Assembly (NCBI RefSeq): GCF_009914755.1
Contig: NC_060926.1
Source of the DNA: the human T2T-CHM13v2.0 reference genome, Homo sapiens
Reading direction: 5' to 3' (one strand)
Length of the DNA stretch: 64,000 nucleotides
Part shown: piece after piece, positions 27,701 through 41,430 of the stretch
Layout of the letters: each line of letters opens with the position of its first letter
Position numbering within the stretch: position 1 is the first letter of the stretch
Notes under the pieces: model-generated
Told to the model about the DNA's origin: nothing
Seen by the model: only the letters and a program-made list of their open reading frames with translations
Databases searched by the model: none
Position numbers and translations under genes: made by a program

Positions 27701-30045
27701 GCTCGTAGAAAACCTCTGCTAGGACTGTGCACCTGTGGCTTTGCAGGGTGTAGCCCCCGTGGCTGCTCTCATGGGCTGGGCTGGTGTTGAGTGCCGGTAG
27801 CTTTTCCATACTGAAGGTGCGAGCTGTTGATGGGTCTATGAATCTGGGGTCTGGAGGATGGTGGCCTCCTGCATAGGGGCTCCAAGCCCATATTTTTCTT
27901 CTGCACTGCCATAGTACAGGTTTTCCAAGAGGCTCAGGCTCTGCCTCAGGCTTCTGTCCAGAAACAGTAGGGGGTGGAGGTGGGTTGGGGGCGGATCCTT
28001 CACTAATGATTAAGCACCATCTTCTTGATGCTGACCTCGTGATAGTGAGTTCTCATGAACTTCCTCATAGTGTTAAGCCACTGGTTGGATGGAGCATGAG
28101 CCTAGGGGCTTGGGAGGCTCTGTATAGATTTTGGAGGATGTATGGAAATGTCTGGGTGTCCAGGCAAAAGCCTTCCTAAAGGGCAGAACCTCATAAGAAA
28201 CCTCTACTAGGGCAGTACAGAAGGAAAATATGGGGTTGGAGACCCCACACTGGAGGCCACCATCATGAAGACTGCAGATTAATAGACCCCGCAACAGCTT
28301 GTACCGTCAGTGGGTAAAAGCTACAGGCGCTCAACACCAGCCCAGCCCATGAAGACAGCCGTGGGGCATAAACCCTGCAAAGCCACAGGTGCAGAGCTGC
28401 CCAAGGCCTTGGGAGCCCAGCCCTTACATCCCTGTGCCCTGGATGTGGGACAAGGTTTCAAAAAGGGTAATTTTGGAGCTGTAGGATTGAATGACTGGCC
28501 TTCTGGGTTTGGAGTTTCATGGGGTCTGTAAGTCCTTTCTGTGTTTTGTTCTTTCTGGCAAAATTATTCCTTTTGGCTGGGAATGCTTACCCATTGCCTG
28601 TATAAGCATTGTACCTTGGAAGTAGTTAACTTTCTTTATATTTCAGAGGCTCATGAGCCTAAGGGTCTGCAGCCTTGTGTTAGATGAGACTTTAAGCTTT
28701 GAATATTTGTATAAATGATGAAATGATATAAGACTTTGGGGGACTGTAGGGAAGCTATCATTGTAGTTTGCAATGTGAGAAGGACATGAGATTTGGGGAG
28801 CCAGGGACAGAATAATAAAATTTAGCTCTGTGTCCCTACCAAAATTCGTGTGGAATTGTAATGGGGAATGTTAAAGTTGGGGCCTGGTGGAAGGTGATTT
28901 AATCATGGTGGAGTGTGGGGGTTGGGAGGTGGGGGATAGGGAGAATGGGGAGATTATGTTGGGGGTGAGGGGTGAAAAGTGATGGTGGCTCCTTCACAAA
29001 TGATTAGACACAATCTCTTTATTTCTGTACTTGTGATGGTGAGTTCTCTTCATGATTTTGGAGCAGTGAGATTGAATGGATACTGGTCTCCTGGGTTTTG
29101 GACTTGCATTGGTCCTGTGGTCCCATCTGTGTTATTTTGCTGGGAAATTTCTTCCCGTTGGACTGAGAAAGCTTACCCAATGGGTGTACCATCATTGTGT
29201 CTTAAAAGAACACCCTTTTAAATTCAGGGACTTATAGGCAAAAGGGACTGTAGGCTTGTCTCAGATGAGACGTTGAACCTTTTACATTTGAGTTAATGCT
29301 GGAATGAGTTAAGACTTTTGGCAACTTTTGAAAAGGTGTGATTGTATTTTGCTCTGTGAGAAGGACATGAGATTCGGAGGGGTCAGGGTCAGAATAACAT
29401 GGTTTGGCTGTGTTTCCCTACAGAAACTCATGTGAATTGTAATCTTGAATGTTGGAGATGGGGCCTGGTGGAAGGTGATTTAACCATGGATGGGAGGGGG
29501 TTGGAGTTGGAAGGAAATAAAGTGGACAGTGTTGGGAGGAGTGGGTTGTCAGTAGGGTGGTGAGAGGATGGTGGGTATTAGGAAGCGGGAGTAGCCTGCT
29601 GCAGAGTCACATCCTCATGGAAAACCTCTGCTAGGGCAGTGCTCCTGTGGCTTTGCAGGCTTTAGCCCCCATGGCTGCTCTCATGGGCTGGGCTGGTGTT
29701 GAGTGCTTTTGCATACTGAGGGTGCGGGCTGTTGGTGGGCTTATGAATCTGGGGTCTGGAGGATGGTGGCCTCCTGTGTGGGGGCTCCAAGCCCATATTT
29801 CCCTTCTGCACTGCCATAGTGGAAGTTTCCCAAGAGGCTCTGCCTCTGCAGGAGGCTTCTGCCTGGAAACAGTAGGCGGTGGTGTGTGTGGTGGATCCTT
29901 CACCAGTGGTTAATCTTGATGCTGATCTGATAGTGAGTTCTCATGTGATCTGGTTGTATAATGGGCTGTGGCACCTCTTTTCTCTCTGTGTCTTGCTTCT
30001 ATTTCTGCCATATGAAACATCTGATTGCCACTTGGCCTTCTGATG
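24750..30045. mobile_element. Rearranged and tandemly duplicated MaLR (MST/THE1) LTR and internal sequence
   Basis: MST LTR end (gcagcctgcagaactgtgagccaat at ~25103), MaLR-internal motifs (ctgtggaactttgaact-like, gatgagactttgg) and repeated tatggtttggctgtgt LTR starts, in both orientations. Confidence 0.75.
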
Positions 30046-30054
30046 TGGTTAGGA

Positions 30055-31632
30055 GGGGCCTGATCAGTGTGGGCCTGCTCAGTGGACCTAGTCAGTTGGG
30101 ACTTGGTCAGTGAGGCCTGTTTAGTGGGAGCCTGGCCAGCAGGGGTCTGCTTAGGGAGGGTCTCATTAGGGGGATCCAGTAGTGGGGGTTTTGGCGAGTG
30201 GGGACCTATTGGCAGCCAGTTGTTTGGTGTCTGGTCAGTGCAGACCTGGGCTGTGGGGCTTGATCAGTGGCGACCTGGTCAGCTGGGCTTAGTGGTGGCC
30301 TGGTCAGCATGGGCTGGGTCACTGGTGACCAGGTCAAGGGCTGCTATTCAGTGGAGGACTGGTCACATGGGACCTAGTCAGCAGGGCCTGGTGGGCGTGT
30401 CCTCATCAGTGAGTCCCTTGTCAGTGGGGACCTGATCAGGGCAGCCTGGTCATTGGAACCTCATCAGTGGGGGCCTGGTCAGTGATGACTTGGTCAGTGG
30501 TGGCTTTTGTAGCACTGGTCTACGGGGTGACCCGGTCAGCGGGGACCTGAGTAGTCGGTGCCTGTTCAGTGGGGCCTACTCACTAGGGTCCCAGTCAGGG
30601 GCATCTGGTCACCTCAGGCCTGGTTAGTAGGGGCCTGATCAGTGGCAGCCTGTTCCCTGGAGGCCTGGTCAGTGGGGCCTCATCTGTGGGGCCAGGTAGT
30701 GGGGTCATGATCAGTGGAATCTGATCAGTGAGGCCTTGTCAGTAATGACCTAGTCAGTGAGGCCTTGTCAGTAAGGACCTGGTCCATGAGGCCTTGCCAG
30801 TGAGGCCTTGTCAGTAAGGTCCTGGTCAGTGAGGCCTTGTCAATAAGGACCTTGTCAGTGAGGCCTTGTCAGTGGGGCCTTGTCAGTAAGGACCTGGTCA
30901 GTGAGGCCTTGTCAATAAGGTCCTGGTCAGTGAGGTCTTCTCAGTTAGGACCTGGTCCATGAGGCCTTGTCAGTGGGGCCTTGTCAGTAAGGACCTGGTC
31001 AGTGAGGCCTTGTCAATAAGGTCCTGGTCAGTGAGGACTTGTCAGTAAGGACCTGGTCCGTGAGGCCTTGTCAATAAGGTCCTGGTCAGTGAGGAATTGT
31101 CAGTAAGGACCTGGTCCGTGAGGCCTTGTCAATAAGGTCCTGGTCAGTGAGGACTTGTCAGTAAGGTCCTGGTCCGTGAGGCCTTGTCAATAAGGTCCTG
31201 GTCTGTGAGGCCTTGTCAGTAAGGACCTGGTCCGTGAGGCCTTGTCAATAAGGTCCTGGTCAGTGAGGAATTGTCAGTAAGGAGCTCATCCATGAGGCCT
31301 TGTCAGTGAGGCCTTGTCAATAAGGTCCTGGTCAGTGAGGTCTTGTTAGTAAGGACTTTGTCAGTGAGGCCTTGTCAGTGAGGCCTGGTCAGTAAGGACC
31401 TGGTCAGTGAGGCCTTGTCAGGGAGGCCTGGTCAGTAAGGTCCTGTTCAGTGAGGCCTTGTCCGTGAGGCTTTGTCAGTAAGGTCCTGGTCAGTGGAGTC
31501 ATGGTCATTGTTGGCCTGGCAGCGGGGGTCTTGTTAGTGGGTCCTGGTGATGGGGGTCTAATCAGTGAGGGTGTGGTCAGGGAAGACCTGATGTGTGGGG
31601 TCTGGTCAGCAGGAACCTGGTCAGTGGGGACT
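30055..31632 (+). repeat. GGTCAGTG-core minisatellite; homogeneous 14/15-mer centre at ~30725-31495
   Basis: Alternating TCAGTGAGGCCTTG and TCAGTAAGGACCTGG units with degenerate flanks. Confidence 0.9.
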
Positions 31633-31831
31633 GCTGAGCGCTGCTTGGAGAAGCCAGGTGCATTGCACGTTATCGAGGGCCCTCTGGACAGCTGGGATGG
31701 CCCAGTGATGCCCAATGGCCCGGTCAAAAGTGGACAAAGCAGTTGTTTGGATGGACCTGGGAGATGTTGCTCAGAGATTCTGACAGGACAAAGGTGAAGA
31801 AAGGGTCTGGAGAGATGGTCACAGTCTATGG

Positions 31832-32799
31832 GCTGCACAGGATGGAGAAAGCCAGGGAACAGGCAGGGGGGGCAGTGGGGTGCAGGGAGAGGCAGGTGCA
31901 TGGTGGGACGTCAGACCCTGTGAAGGCTGTGAGGGTGTCAGGTGGGTTGGGCTCCAGCTGCACCCTCAGTGCACTGGGTGGGTATCACCCCAAGCTCCCT
32001 GGACCCCAGCCAGGTGATGTGGTCACTCCCTGGGGGACTGCTCTCAGGCCCCGGCTACCTACCCTGGGCAGCGCTGTCCCATCTCAGGACTGGACTTTCT
32101 CAGATCCTGTAGAGGGCACAGACTCCACCCAGGAGGGGCAACCGCATGGTGCAGCCTGAGCTCTCCATGGGCCTGGAGCATCCCCTGCCAGCCTTGTGCT
32201 CCCCATTCTCCCAGGTCCCACTTTTCCAGTGTCAGCCAGCAGGGATGCCCCGTCCTCCCTTCCCCATGTGTCTCCTAGGCTGAAACTTGTGGCAGATTGG
32301 GACAGGGATGGTGCTTCCCTCAGGCCCATTTGGGGAGGGGACTGGCTCCCAGACTGGTGCAGGTCCTCAGCTCTGCCTCGATTGGCTTAGAGTGAGATGG
32401 ATCAGTCAGTTCCCTGAAGGTGAAGATAAGAGACTGTCCCTGCTGTTGGGAGGCTAGTCTAGGGATGGAGGACTTAACAGGTCCTCCCAGGCTGTCAGGC
32501 CTGGGCAGCACTGTCTTGTCTTAGGACTCAGAAAGTCCAGTCCTGAGATGAGACAGTGCTGCCCAGGGCGGGTGGCTGGGACCTGACAACATTCCCCCAG
32601 TGATTGACCACATCACACGTCCAGGGTCCAGTGAGCCTGGCCTCAGACGTGCCCAGTACACTGAAGGTGCACCTGGAGCCCACTCCACCTGATGCCTCCA
32701 CAGCCCTCGCAGGGCCTGACCTCCCAGCATGCACCTGCCTCTCCCTGCACCCCAGCTGTCCACCATGCCTGTTCCCTCACTTCCTCCATCCTGTCCAGC
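31832..32799. repeat. Diverged inverted repeat, ~275 bp arms (31832-32108 / 32523-32799)
   Basis: For example gggtgcagggagaggcaggtgcatg versus catgcacctgcctctccctgcaccc, and catctcaggactggactttct versus agaaagtccagtcctgagatg. Confidence 0.85.
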
Positions 32800-34684
32800 G
32801 GGATGGGATGGACATGGGAACAGCCTGTGTGCACATTTCGTGGCGAGTGGGAATGACACACCATCTCTGGGAGGCACCATGGTTCCTGGCAAACCCGATC
32901 CCAAGACTTTGTCCTTGAGGTGGTTTTACCAAACCCCAAACCCAGAACTGCGGTTGTGGCTCAGGGGTCAGCTCCTGCTAGTGCCAGGACACTACTGGGA
33001 GGCTGGGACCCGACCAAAGCCCATGGTGTCTCTGGCCTGAGGACCAGGTGTCTTGGGACCATAAGGCCAGGCCACCAATGGCCATTGGGTCATAGGGGCT
33101 CAGCCCCAATCTTTGTCCTTCCCTGGCTCCTTCTGGTTCAGTCCCATCAGGGCCCTGGATCCCAAGACTCAGCATCCAAGGTCCCCTCCAGGAATCCTGG
33201 CAGCTCAGCATACTTTATCCTGTTTCATCTGAGAGCAAAAATGTAAAATTGGATGCACAGAAAAGTGACTCAAAGTGCTTAATGACTAGAAGAAATCTAG
33301 GAGCAGCAAGAAGGTAATGTGGAGGGAGGGACCTCCATGACCGGTGTCTGTAGAGCCAGGGGTACAGGCACCCAGTGCTGTGGCCTGGCACCACCTGCAT
33401 CTCAGAGGGTGGGTGGCACACTCCTTAACCAGAGGACAGCAGGCCTGGTCACCAGCTTTTCTACCTGTCCCTGTAAGCATCACATTGCTGGAGGAAAATC
33501 TCATGCCAGAGCTTGGACCATCCCCTAGCTCAGGGGTTAGGGGTTGTCCCTTGGTGACCTAAATGAAAAAACAGGTCCAGAACAGAGTTCCTGATGCTGG
33601 ACACTCATTCAGTCTTTGAATCGTGGGAGGGGAGGCCTGGTACTAGGTAGACCTAACCTCTTTGAGGAACCACAGAGCCCAAGGCTGGAAACCTCCAGAA
33701 TCTTCCACCCCCTGATCCTCCCTGGGGACCCCTGTGGCCTGTCTCACTGAGCACTCTTCCATCTGTAGATGTCTGGGCTGCTGTACAAGGGAGTCCCCTT
33801 TCAGGTGTGGTGCTAGACATGGTCACTCCTGCTGGATGTCTAGGTGGTAGAAACCAAGGACCTAGGGAAATACCAGGTACAGCCTTTCCACGCTCATCCA
33901 GAGCAGGACAAACAGGCCAGGCGGTGTCAGGAGCCCAGGTCTCCAGCTGGAGGGAACGTCAACCCTGCAGTGGGAGCAGGGGCCCTTTGCACATCCTAGG
34001 CACAGATGGTAATGTAGACACCACAGGTAAGCTGGGCTTGGTACCTACCCCTCCCCGGATTCAGAAAGAAACCAAACAAGGAGCTTTGTGTGGAATGAAA
34101 CCTCCTTTCCTCCCAGAAGCACTGCTGACTGTTTGGTGGTTGCCATTTGTGGCAGTGAGCCCTTGTTTGTTCTGAGGTTGGGCTGGTTTCTCCTCTTGGC
34201 CCTGCCCTACAGATCATAAAGGAGAACAGCAAGAGGTCCCCAGCAAACATCCACAGATGGCCTTGGAAATAAGTCACCTTGTGAGAAACATGTCATGTTC
34301 TGGGAGGGATAAGGCATCAAGTAAGGCCTATGGGGTTGGAGGATCCCTGGGCAGGTGGGGCAATCCTTGGGGTCTTCCCATGGGAATAGGGAGGTCCTGA
34401 GGCAGAGGCAGGGGTTCCACAGGAGGAGTCACAGAGCTACCAAGGGCTCTCCTGTGCCAGGAAGCAGTCAACACCATGAACTGAACACCTGCTGGGCTCC
34501 AAGCCCTGGTCCAGGCTGGGGCATGTGGGGCCAGGAGGCAGCTCAGAGAGGGAGGCAGAGAGAAGTGTGCTGAGAGGGCACCCATTTCTGGGTGTAATGT
34601 GGTCCAGAGATTTTGGCTGGGAAGGGCTTCCAGAGTTTCATATGTGTTACGGAGCTGCTTCCTCTCCCTAGCCTCACCCTGCAG

Positions 34685-35658
34685 GAATGCCAGTGAACAT
34701 ATTGCTGACATCTTGGAGCTCAGTACCCTCATAGTGTAACGGCGTCAGTAGATCTGCCTGTGCTGGGACTTCCTGTACTACCCATTCCTGAGGGGCGATG
34801 CTTCTGCAGGGCCTGTGACTTGGTGCACAACTTCAGACACCATCATCTTGCAGCAGCACCGCACCCTCACTAGCCAGGGTGTTGATGACTTCCTCAAGGC
34901 CAAGGCCACATTCAAGGCTTCGGACTTCATTGATGCGCTTGTGCTGAGCAAGGTGGCTTCTCCGGGATCTTAATTCAGGAGGTAGAATGGAGCTTGAGAT
35001 CAAGTGTCTGATCAAGGTACTTGAACTTGATCTGGAGGGCTCTGGGGAGCCATGGAAGGTGCTGGATAAAGGAGTGACAGTCAGCTATGTTTTCGAGATG
35101 ACTGTAGAAGGCTGCCTGGAAGGAGTGAACAAGAGCCAGGAGACCAGGGAGGGAGCTTGTGGGGCAGGTCTGGAGATGGCAAAGGAGGGATCCTGCTTGG
35201 ATGAAAGGTCTTCAGGGACTGTCTCAGGTTACACACAGGTGTCCTCAGAGCTAGTGTGTTCAGAGTCTTGCCTCCAGGATGAAAATGGGAAGGAGTTGTC
35301 AGACGAGGACATATAAATGGAGGCTGGCATATTCATGAGTGCTGGTGGTGGTCCCGGTGTGGGACTACTGTGGGAACAGGGGTCTCTCCATCCAGGGATA
35401 TGATGGATGGACCCTACATCACTCCATTCTGCCCTTCCTTTCCCTCCTCCCATTCTCCCGAAAGCCTCAGTGTATGGGCGCTGTTCATCCTTTGGTGCTG
35501 AAGCAGCCAAGAGACCCAAGTCTGCCTGGCTGCCTCTTAGGATATGACAGCAGAGCCAGTGGCCTCTACTAGATCCTGTACAACCTCACAAAACACCCAG
35601 ACATCGGGAGTGCTGCCAGCCTGTGATGCAAGAGTCCTAATCCTGAAGACATTGAATG
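34685..35658 (+). pseudogene. CYP4F31P: Unprocessed CYP4F pseudogene fragment: three exons at 34685-34952, 35278-35344 and 35541-35658
   Basis: Peptides SEHIADILELS..., TLTSQGVDDFLKAKATFKASDFIDALVLSK | DENGKELSDEDI*MEAGIFM | YDSRASGLY*ILYNLTKHP match CYP4F mid exons (I-helix region). AG/GT sites are intact; stops and frameshifts are present. The paralog number is inferred from proximity to POTEE. Confidence 0.85.
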
Positions 35659-36134
35659 GTGGGTGCAGGGCCTCATGGCCTGTTCCCCAGCCCCTCTCAT
35701 TGGCTCTGCTCCAGGTGGTGAAGGGGGAAAATGTTTTTGTCAATTCTGTCATGATTGCCTAGCAAGAAAAGGAGCAGAACCAAGAAGCAGTAAAATCAGT
35801 TAGTAAAATCAGTTTTCTTTTCTGAACTACATTTCTACCATCTCTAATTGAGGGGAATTCCTTCGACTCCACGAGGTTGCTTGGAGAATGACTGACAGTG
35901 TATGTAGAGCAGGTGCCAGCCAGCAGGCGTTTGGTGTCCAGACCACTCTGCCCCCTTGATTTTCTGCCTATATTTTCATTTTGTTCCCAAGACCCTCACT
36001 CCCCTTAATTTTGCTTTTCCCTCTGATTCCCACCTTATCTTCTATCCCATGGATTCACCAGGATGTAAGTGGGTAACAGTTATCTATGCATGTATGTGTA
36101 TGTATGTACGTTCTCTGTTGGTGTTGGAGTATGG

Positions 36135-36206
36135 TGTGTGTGTGTGAGAGAGTGTGTGTGTGTGTGTGTGTGAGAGAGAGAATGTGTGTGTGTGTGTGTG
36201 TGTGTT
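36135..36206. repeat. Compound (TG)n/(GA)n microsatellite
   Basis: Directly visible. Confidence 0.95.
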
Positions 36207-36239
36207 GGGGTCACTGAGGGACTGAAACTCTCCACACCA

Positions 36240-36693
36240 GGCTGTGGTCCTGCTCACTGCTGGAGGCGCTGTCAGGGCTCTTGCCATTGACCCTCCAGGT
36301 CTCATTCTTGCAGTGCAGGCAGGGCATTCTGGAGGAATCATGTCCTTGGAAGAAGCCCTGAGGAGTGACTGGTGTGTATTGGTGGATAAATAACCCAGCT
36401 CCCTTGCTCTGGGTGGGATGACTCTGAGGCACATGTTCTATGCTGTCTCTCAGAGGTACCCGGCAGGGCTGAGTCCTGGCTGCCCACAGTAGAAACTTTC
36501 TTGATGAAGGTCCCTTTAACTGCTACATTCCATTCCTGTCTCAGTTCCCCACTCCTCTACTGGTGTTGCCTGCAATTAGTACTCTAAGGAAGAACTGGCA
36601 GTAGAATTACTGTCCTGGAGTCATCTCCAGATAAAATTTTTATACTTGAATCTTTGCCTCAGGATCTACTTCCAGGAAACTTAAACTAAGACA
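36240..36693 (+). mobile_element. LTR16-like ERVL LTR
   Basis: ggtggataaataacccagctccc...gggatgactctgaggca and the terminal aaactaagaca. Confidence 0.6.
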
Positions 36694-37431
36694 CACATTT
36701 TTCTTTCCTCCAATCTTCATAGACCTGTCGTTGTGCTGTTTTTACCAAAAAGGATCATGAGGATCAGAGAGGAAAAGTCACTTGCCCAAAGTCACACAGC
36801 TGAACAGTGGTGGAGTTCAACTTTGACCGTGGGCTGTCTGGCCCCAAGGTGTATGCTTGCTTCTCTCCCAAGAGACTCCTTTCTTATCAGGCTCAAATGA
36901 ATGAAAGGAGGATGTTAAAGGTAGGATCTCTGAAGCCTGTGCCAGTGGAACCGCAGCTCATGGCTGGCACCTGTGTTCTCATTCTTACCTCATTAAGAGT
37001 AAAGTTTATTGAGTTTATTGAATTTAAGTATCTTTAGTGAGATCATATATTATTAGTAAGAACTGGGACCAAACAGATTTTCTGACTCTAAAAGAGAGAT
37101 TTTCACAGAAACAGATATATACCTATAAGTATACAGACACGCATACACACATTTCTTTACTGCTCATAAAAATTAGTCCTTATTAGAATGTGGGATGTAT
37201 AAATGTAAGAGAATTTTCATGTTAAAATTGACAGATACATTTTTAAATTGTCCTAAAAGAAATTTAATTATTTTTCTTTTAGAATTTTCCATTATTAATG
37301 TTATTTTTATGGGAAACTATATAACTTTATTGATAATACATACGATAACCCTTTGTTTTTCACATTGAAAATACAGTGTATTTTGCAAATAACTAAGTCC
37401 TAATTTTGTATTAAAATTTTAAATTTTCAAT

Positions 37432-38100
37432 CTTTTTTTTATTATATTTTAAGTTCTGGGATACATGTGGAGAACGTGCAGGTTTGTTACATAGGTATAC
37501 ACATGACATGGTAGTTTGCTGCACCCATCAACCTCTCATCTACTTTAGGCGCTTATCTACATTCGGTGCTACATTATGATATGGAGAAATAGGAACGCTT
37601 TTACACTGCTGGTGGGAGTGTAAATTAGTTCAACCATTGTGGAAGACAGTGTAGTGATTCCTCAAGGATCCAGAACCAGAAATACATTTGACCCAGCAAT
37701 CCCATTACTGGGTATATACCCAAAGGATTATAAATCATTCTACTATAAAGACACATGCACACATATGTTTATTGCGGCACTGTTCCCAATAGCAAAGACT
37801 TGAAACCAACCCAAATCCCCATCAGTGATAGACTGGATAAAGAAAATGTGGCACATATATACCATGGAATACTCTGCAGCCATAAAAAAGGATGAGTTCA
37901 TGTCCTTTGCAGGAACATAGATTAAGCTGGAAGCCATCATTCTCAGTTAACGAACACAGAAACAGAAAACCAAACACCGCATGTTCACTCATAAGTGGGA
38001 GCTGAACAATGAGAACAAATGGACACGGAGGGGAACATCACATACCAGAACCTGTCAGTGGGTGGGGGGCTAGAGGAGTGGGGGAGGGATAGCATTAGGG
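37432..38100 (-). mobile_element. 5'-inverted (twin-primed) L1PA 3' fragment
   Basis: Minus piece at 37432-37550 and plus piece at ~37580-38098 are adjacent in the L1 consensus; approximate TSD aattttaaa(t/a)ttcaat on both sides. Confidence 0.85.
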
Positions 38101-38847
38101 GATTTAATAATTTTAAAATTCAATTCTGTTGAAATGTTTACTCCAAGAAGCAATGTGTTTTTGAGAGCTAATCCTGATATATTCAAATCTTAACGACTTA
38201 AGTTGATGGAGTGGACTTCTTTTAAATTAGTGATTCCCTAATTTACCTGACAGTTGGAATTTCCAGGCCATGTTGAAAATACAGATTATCCAGACTCTTA
38301 CCTCTGCAGATGTATTTAGTGGTTCTAAAATGGCACCCAGGAGTCTGGATTTTTCCCAGGGGCCTTGTGTAATTCACACTGATGACCAGGCAAGTTTGGG
38401 AAATTGTGCCTTAAGGAGATTTTTCATTAAGCAGTCTTCATTTGAAAAGAGGATCATTTATCTTCTAATACCCCATGCTTCCTCTTTCTCCTGCTCTGTC
38501 TCCTGTTGTCTTTCAGTTCCTAGAAGCTTTAATTGAATGAAAGTTCCTAGTAGATCTGTACCTACTAAAAACCACACTTCTGAAGCTACGTGGCCACCAG
38601 AAGACACAGCTAGTCTGCCATGTAAAAAAGGAAAGGTGGCGTGTGCCCTGAAGGTGCAGGGGTGAGAGGCAGGGAAATGGAGACCCCCACAGCCAGCATC
38701 AGTGGCCCTCATCACAGCCCTCCAGGAGATATCAAAGGAGGTCAGACCTTGGACAGTAGTCTTGACTTCCTGCTATAGAACACATTGTTAACACTGAAAA
38801 AGATGATCTGTTCTAGGGGAATGGTGAAAGCTGACTCTAGCACTTGT

Positions 38848-39126
38848 GCTTTTTGTTTGTTTGTTTGAGATTGAGTCTTGCTCTTGTTTCCCAGGCTGCA
38901 GTGCAATGCGTGATCTCAGCTCACTGCAGGCTCTGCCTCCTGGGTTCCAGCTATTGTCCTGCCTCAGCCTCCCGAGTAGCTGGGATTCCAGGTGCCCGCA
39001 AGTGTGCCTGGCTAATTTTTATGTTTTTAGTAGAGATGGGATTTCGCCATCTTGGCCAGGCTGTTCTCCACCTCCTGACCTTGGCCAAAGTGTTGGGATT
39101 ACAGGCATAAGCCATTGTGCCAGGCC
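38848..39126 (-). mobile_element. Alu
   Basis: Alu consensus in reverse with a (TTTG)n tail. Confidence 0.85.
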
Positions 39127-40472
39127 TGTGTTTTTAATTTCATCATGGCACAGCTTCAAAATGACATCTAAGTAGCTGACATAAAAATGAAAATTCTGTG
39201 TACTTTGATATTAGCAGGCTTCAAATACAAACCAGAATATGAGTAAATTGTTTCTTAACCAAACTGAATAATTTTCACATTGGCAGGCCATTGGTAGGCC
39301 ATTCAGCATCTGGCTCATGTTTGGGCCAAGCTGGGTGCCTCATGAAAGTCTGGAGGGAAATACAGAGGGCAATTCTCCATAAGCATTAGGCTCAGAAATA
39401 TCCTGCTTCCCAGTGAAAAGTTTAAGTTGACTTTCACGCCACCTTCATCAAACCGAGGTTGGTCAACACTTTTCACCACTGCCACTGGACACTTTGACTT
39501 CCAATTTTGCTACCTGCTGTACAAAGGTACCCCCTTCTTTCCTTTCCTGCATTCTCCCTACAACCTTGTCTTTTTTTGAGTACATCCACTCTGTCTCATC
39601 ATTGTCCATCTCTGCTTCCCAAAACCTTATATAGTACAGAAATTGGCCAATCAAGATTACCATGTGGAAGAGCATCCATTTACTGAATAAGGTAGCTGGC
39701 TCCTGGGGGCAGAAAAGTGATTAGACACAGAGATAAAAATCATAATCCCTGCTCTCCTGGACTCACTGTCTAGTGGGCAGACAGACAGATGAACAAATAC
39801 AACTTGATAACTACAACAATCAAGTGAATTATATAATTTAGACTGGAGAGAGAGAGAGCAAACGTTATCATAAGACAGTGTGTCCACTACTTACTCTCTA
39901 ACAGATTTCCTCATAAACCACTAGGCTTGCCAACTTGTTGAATGAGAAAATTGGAGGGTCAGGGGAGGGGAAATCCATATGCTTCTTAGTATTTCATTCC
40001 ATAAATACATAAATAATGAAACCATTAATGATATCATCATGTTGATTCAATAAGTTTGAAAGCAAAATTGATAGTAATCTTTGGAAGAAATTGTATATGT
40101 GTCTATGTATGTACATACATAGACATACATATTGCTTTCTGAAATTTTCAATGACTTTATGCTTCTTCTGAAGCAATTCGAGTTTAGTATTTGAGACCCC
40201 TGGGTCAAAACATCTTCTTGAGTATACTGAAGAACATTTGGATTAATTTCAGACACGTATTATGGTTTATATAGTTTTTTTTATCCATGGTAACTTATTT
40301 ACTGTTTAAAAACATATTGAGAACAAACAGCAGCAGCAACCCTGAATTGAATGAAAGTCCTGAGAAGGGCTTTGCCCAATCAGTGCATGTGCATGTTTAC
40401 AGTAATCTGTCTGAACCTAGGAACTGGCTGAATGAGCTAGCAGATGGCCTGTCTGGCTGCATTATAAATGAT

Positions 40473-40794
<322 letters not shown>

Positions 40795-41120
40795 AGAAAT
40801 GACATTTTAAAACCAACTATTACGTACACAGATATATGATGCTCTCCGATTGTTTTATCTAAAAATAGGAGTGCCTTAGGTTTATTGGCTCATTTTGTTT
40901 TATCAAACAGCTTAAATGCAGTTGTGAATATTTTTGTCTACCCTCATAACCTGAGAATTTAGAATGAATATAATTATTGCCATTTTCACAAGTAAAATTG
41001 GAACGAGAATATAAAACAGTGGAATACAGGTGCAGCTAAGAGTAGCAGAGGTAAGCCATCTATAGAATATTAAAATTTCTTCCATGTGTGTTGTTAGAAA
41101 TCTATAAAACCAAAATTTTT

Positions 41121-41430
<310 letters not shown>

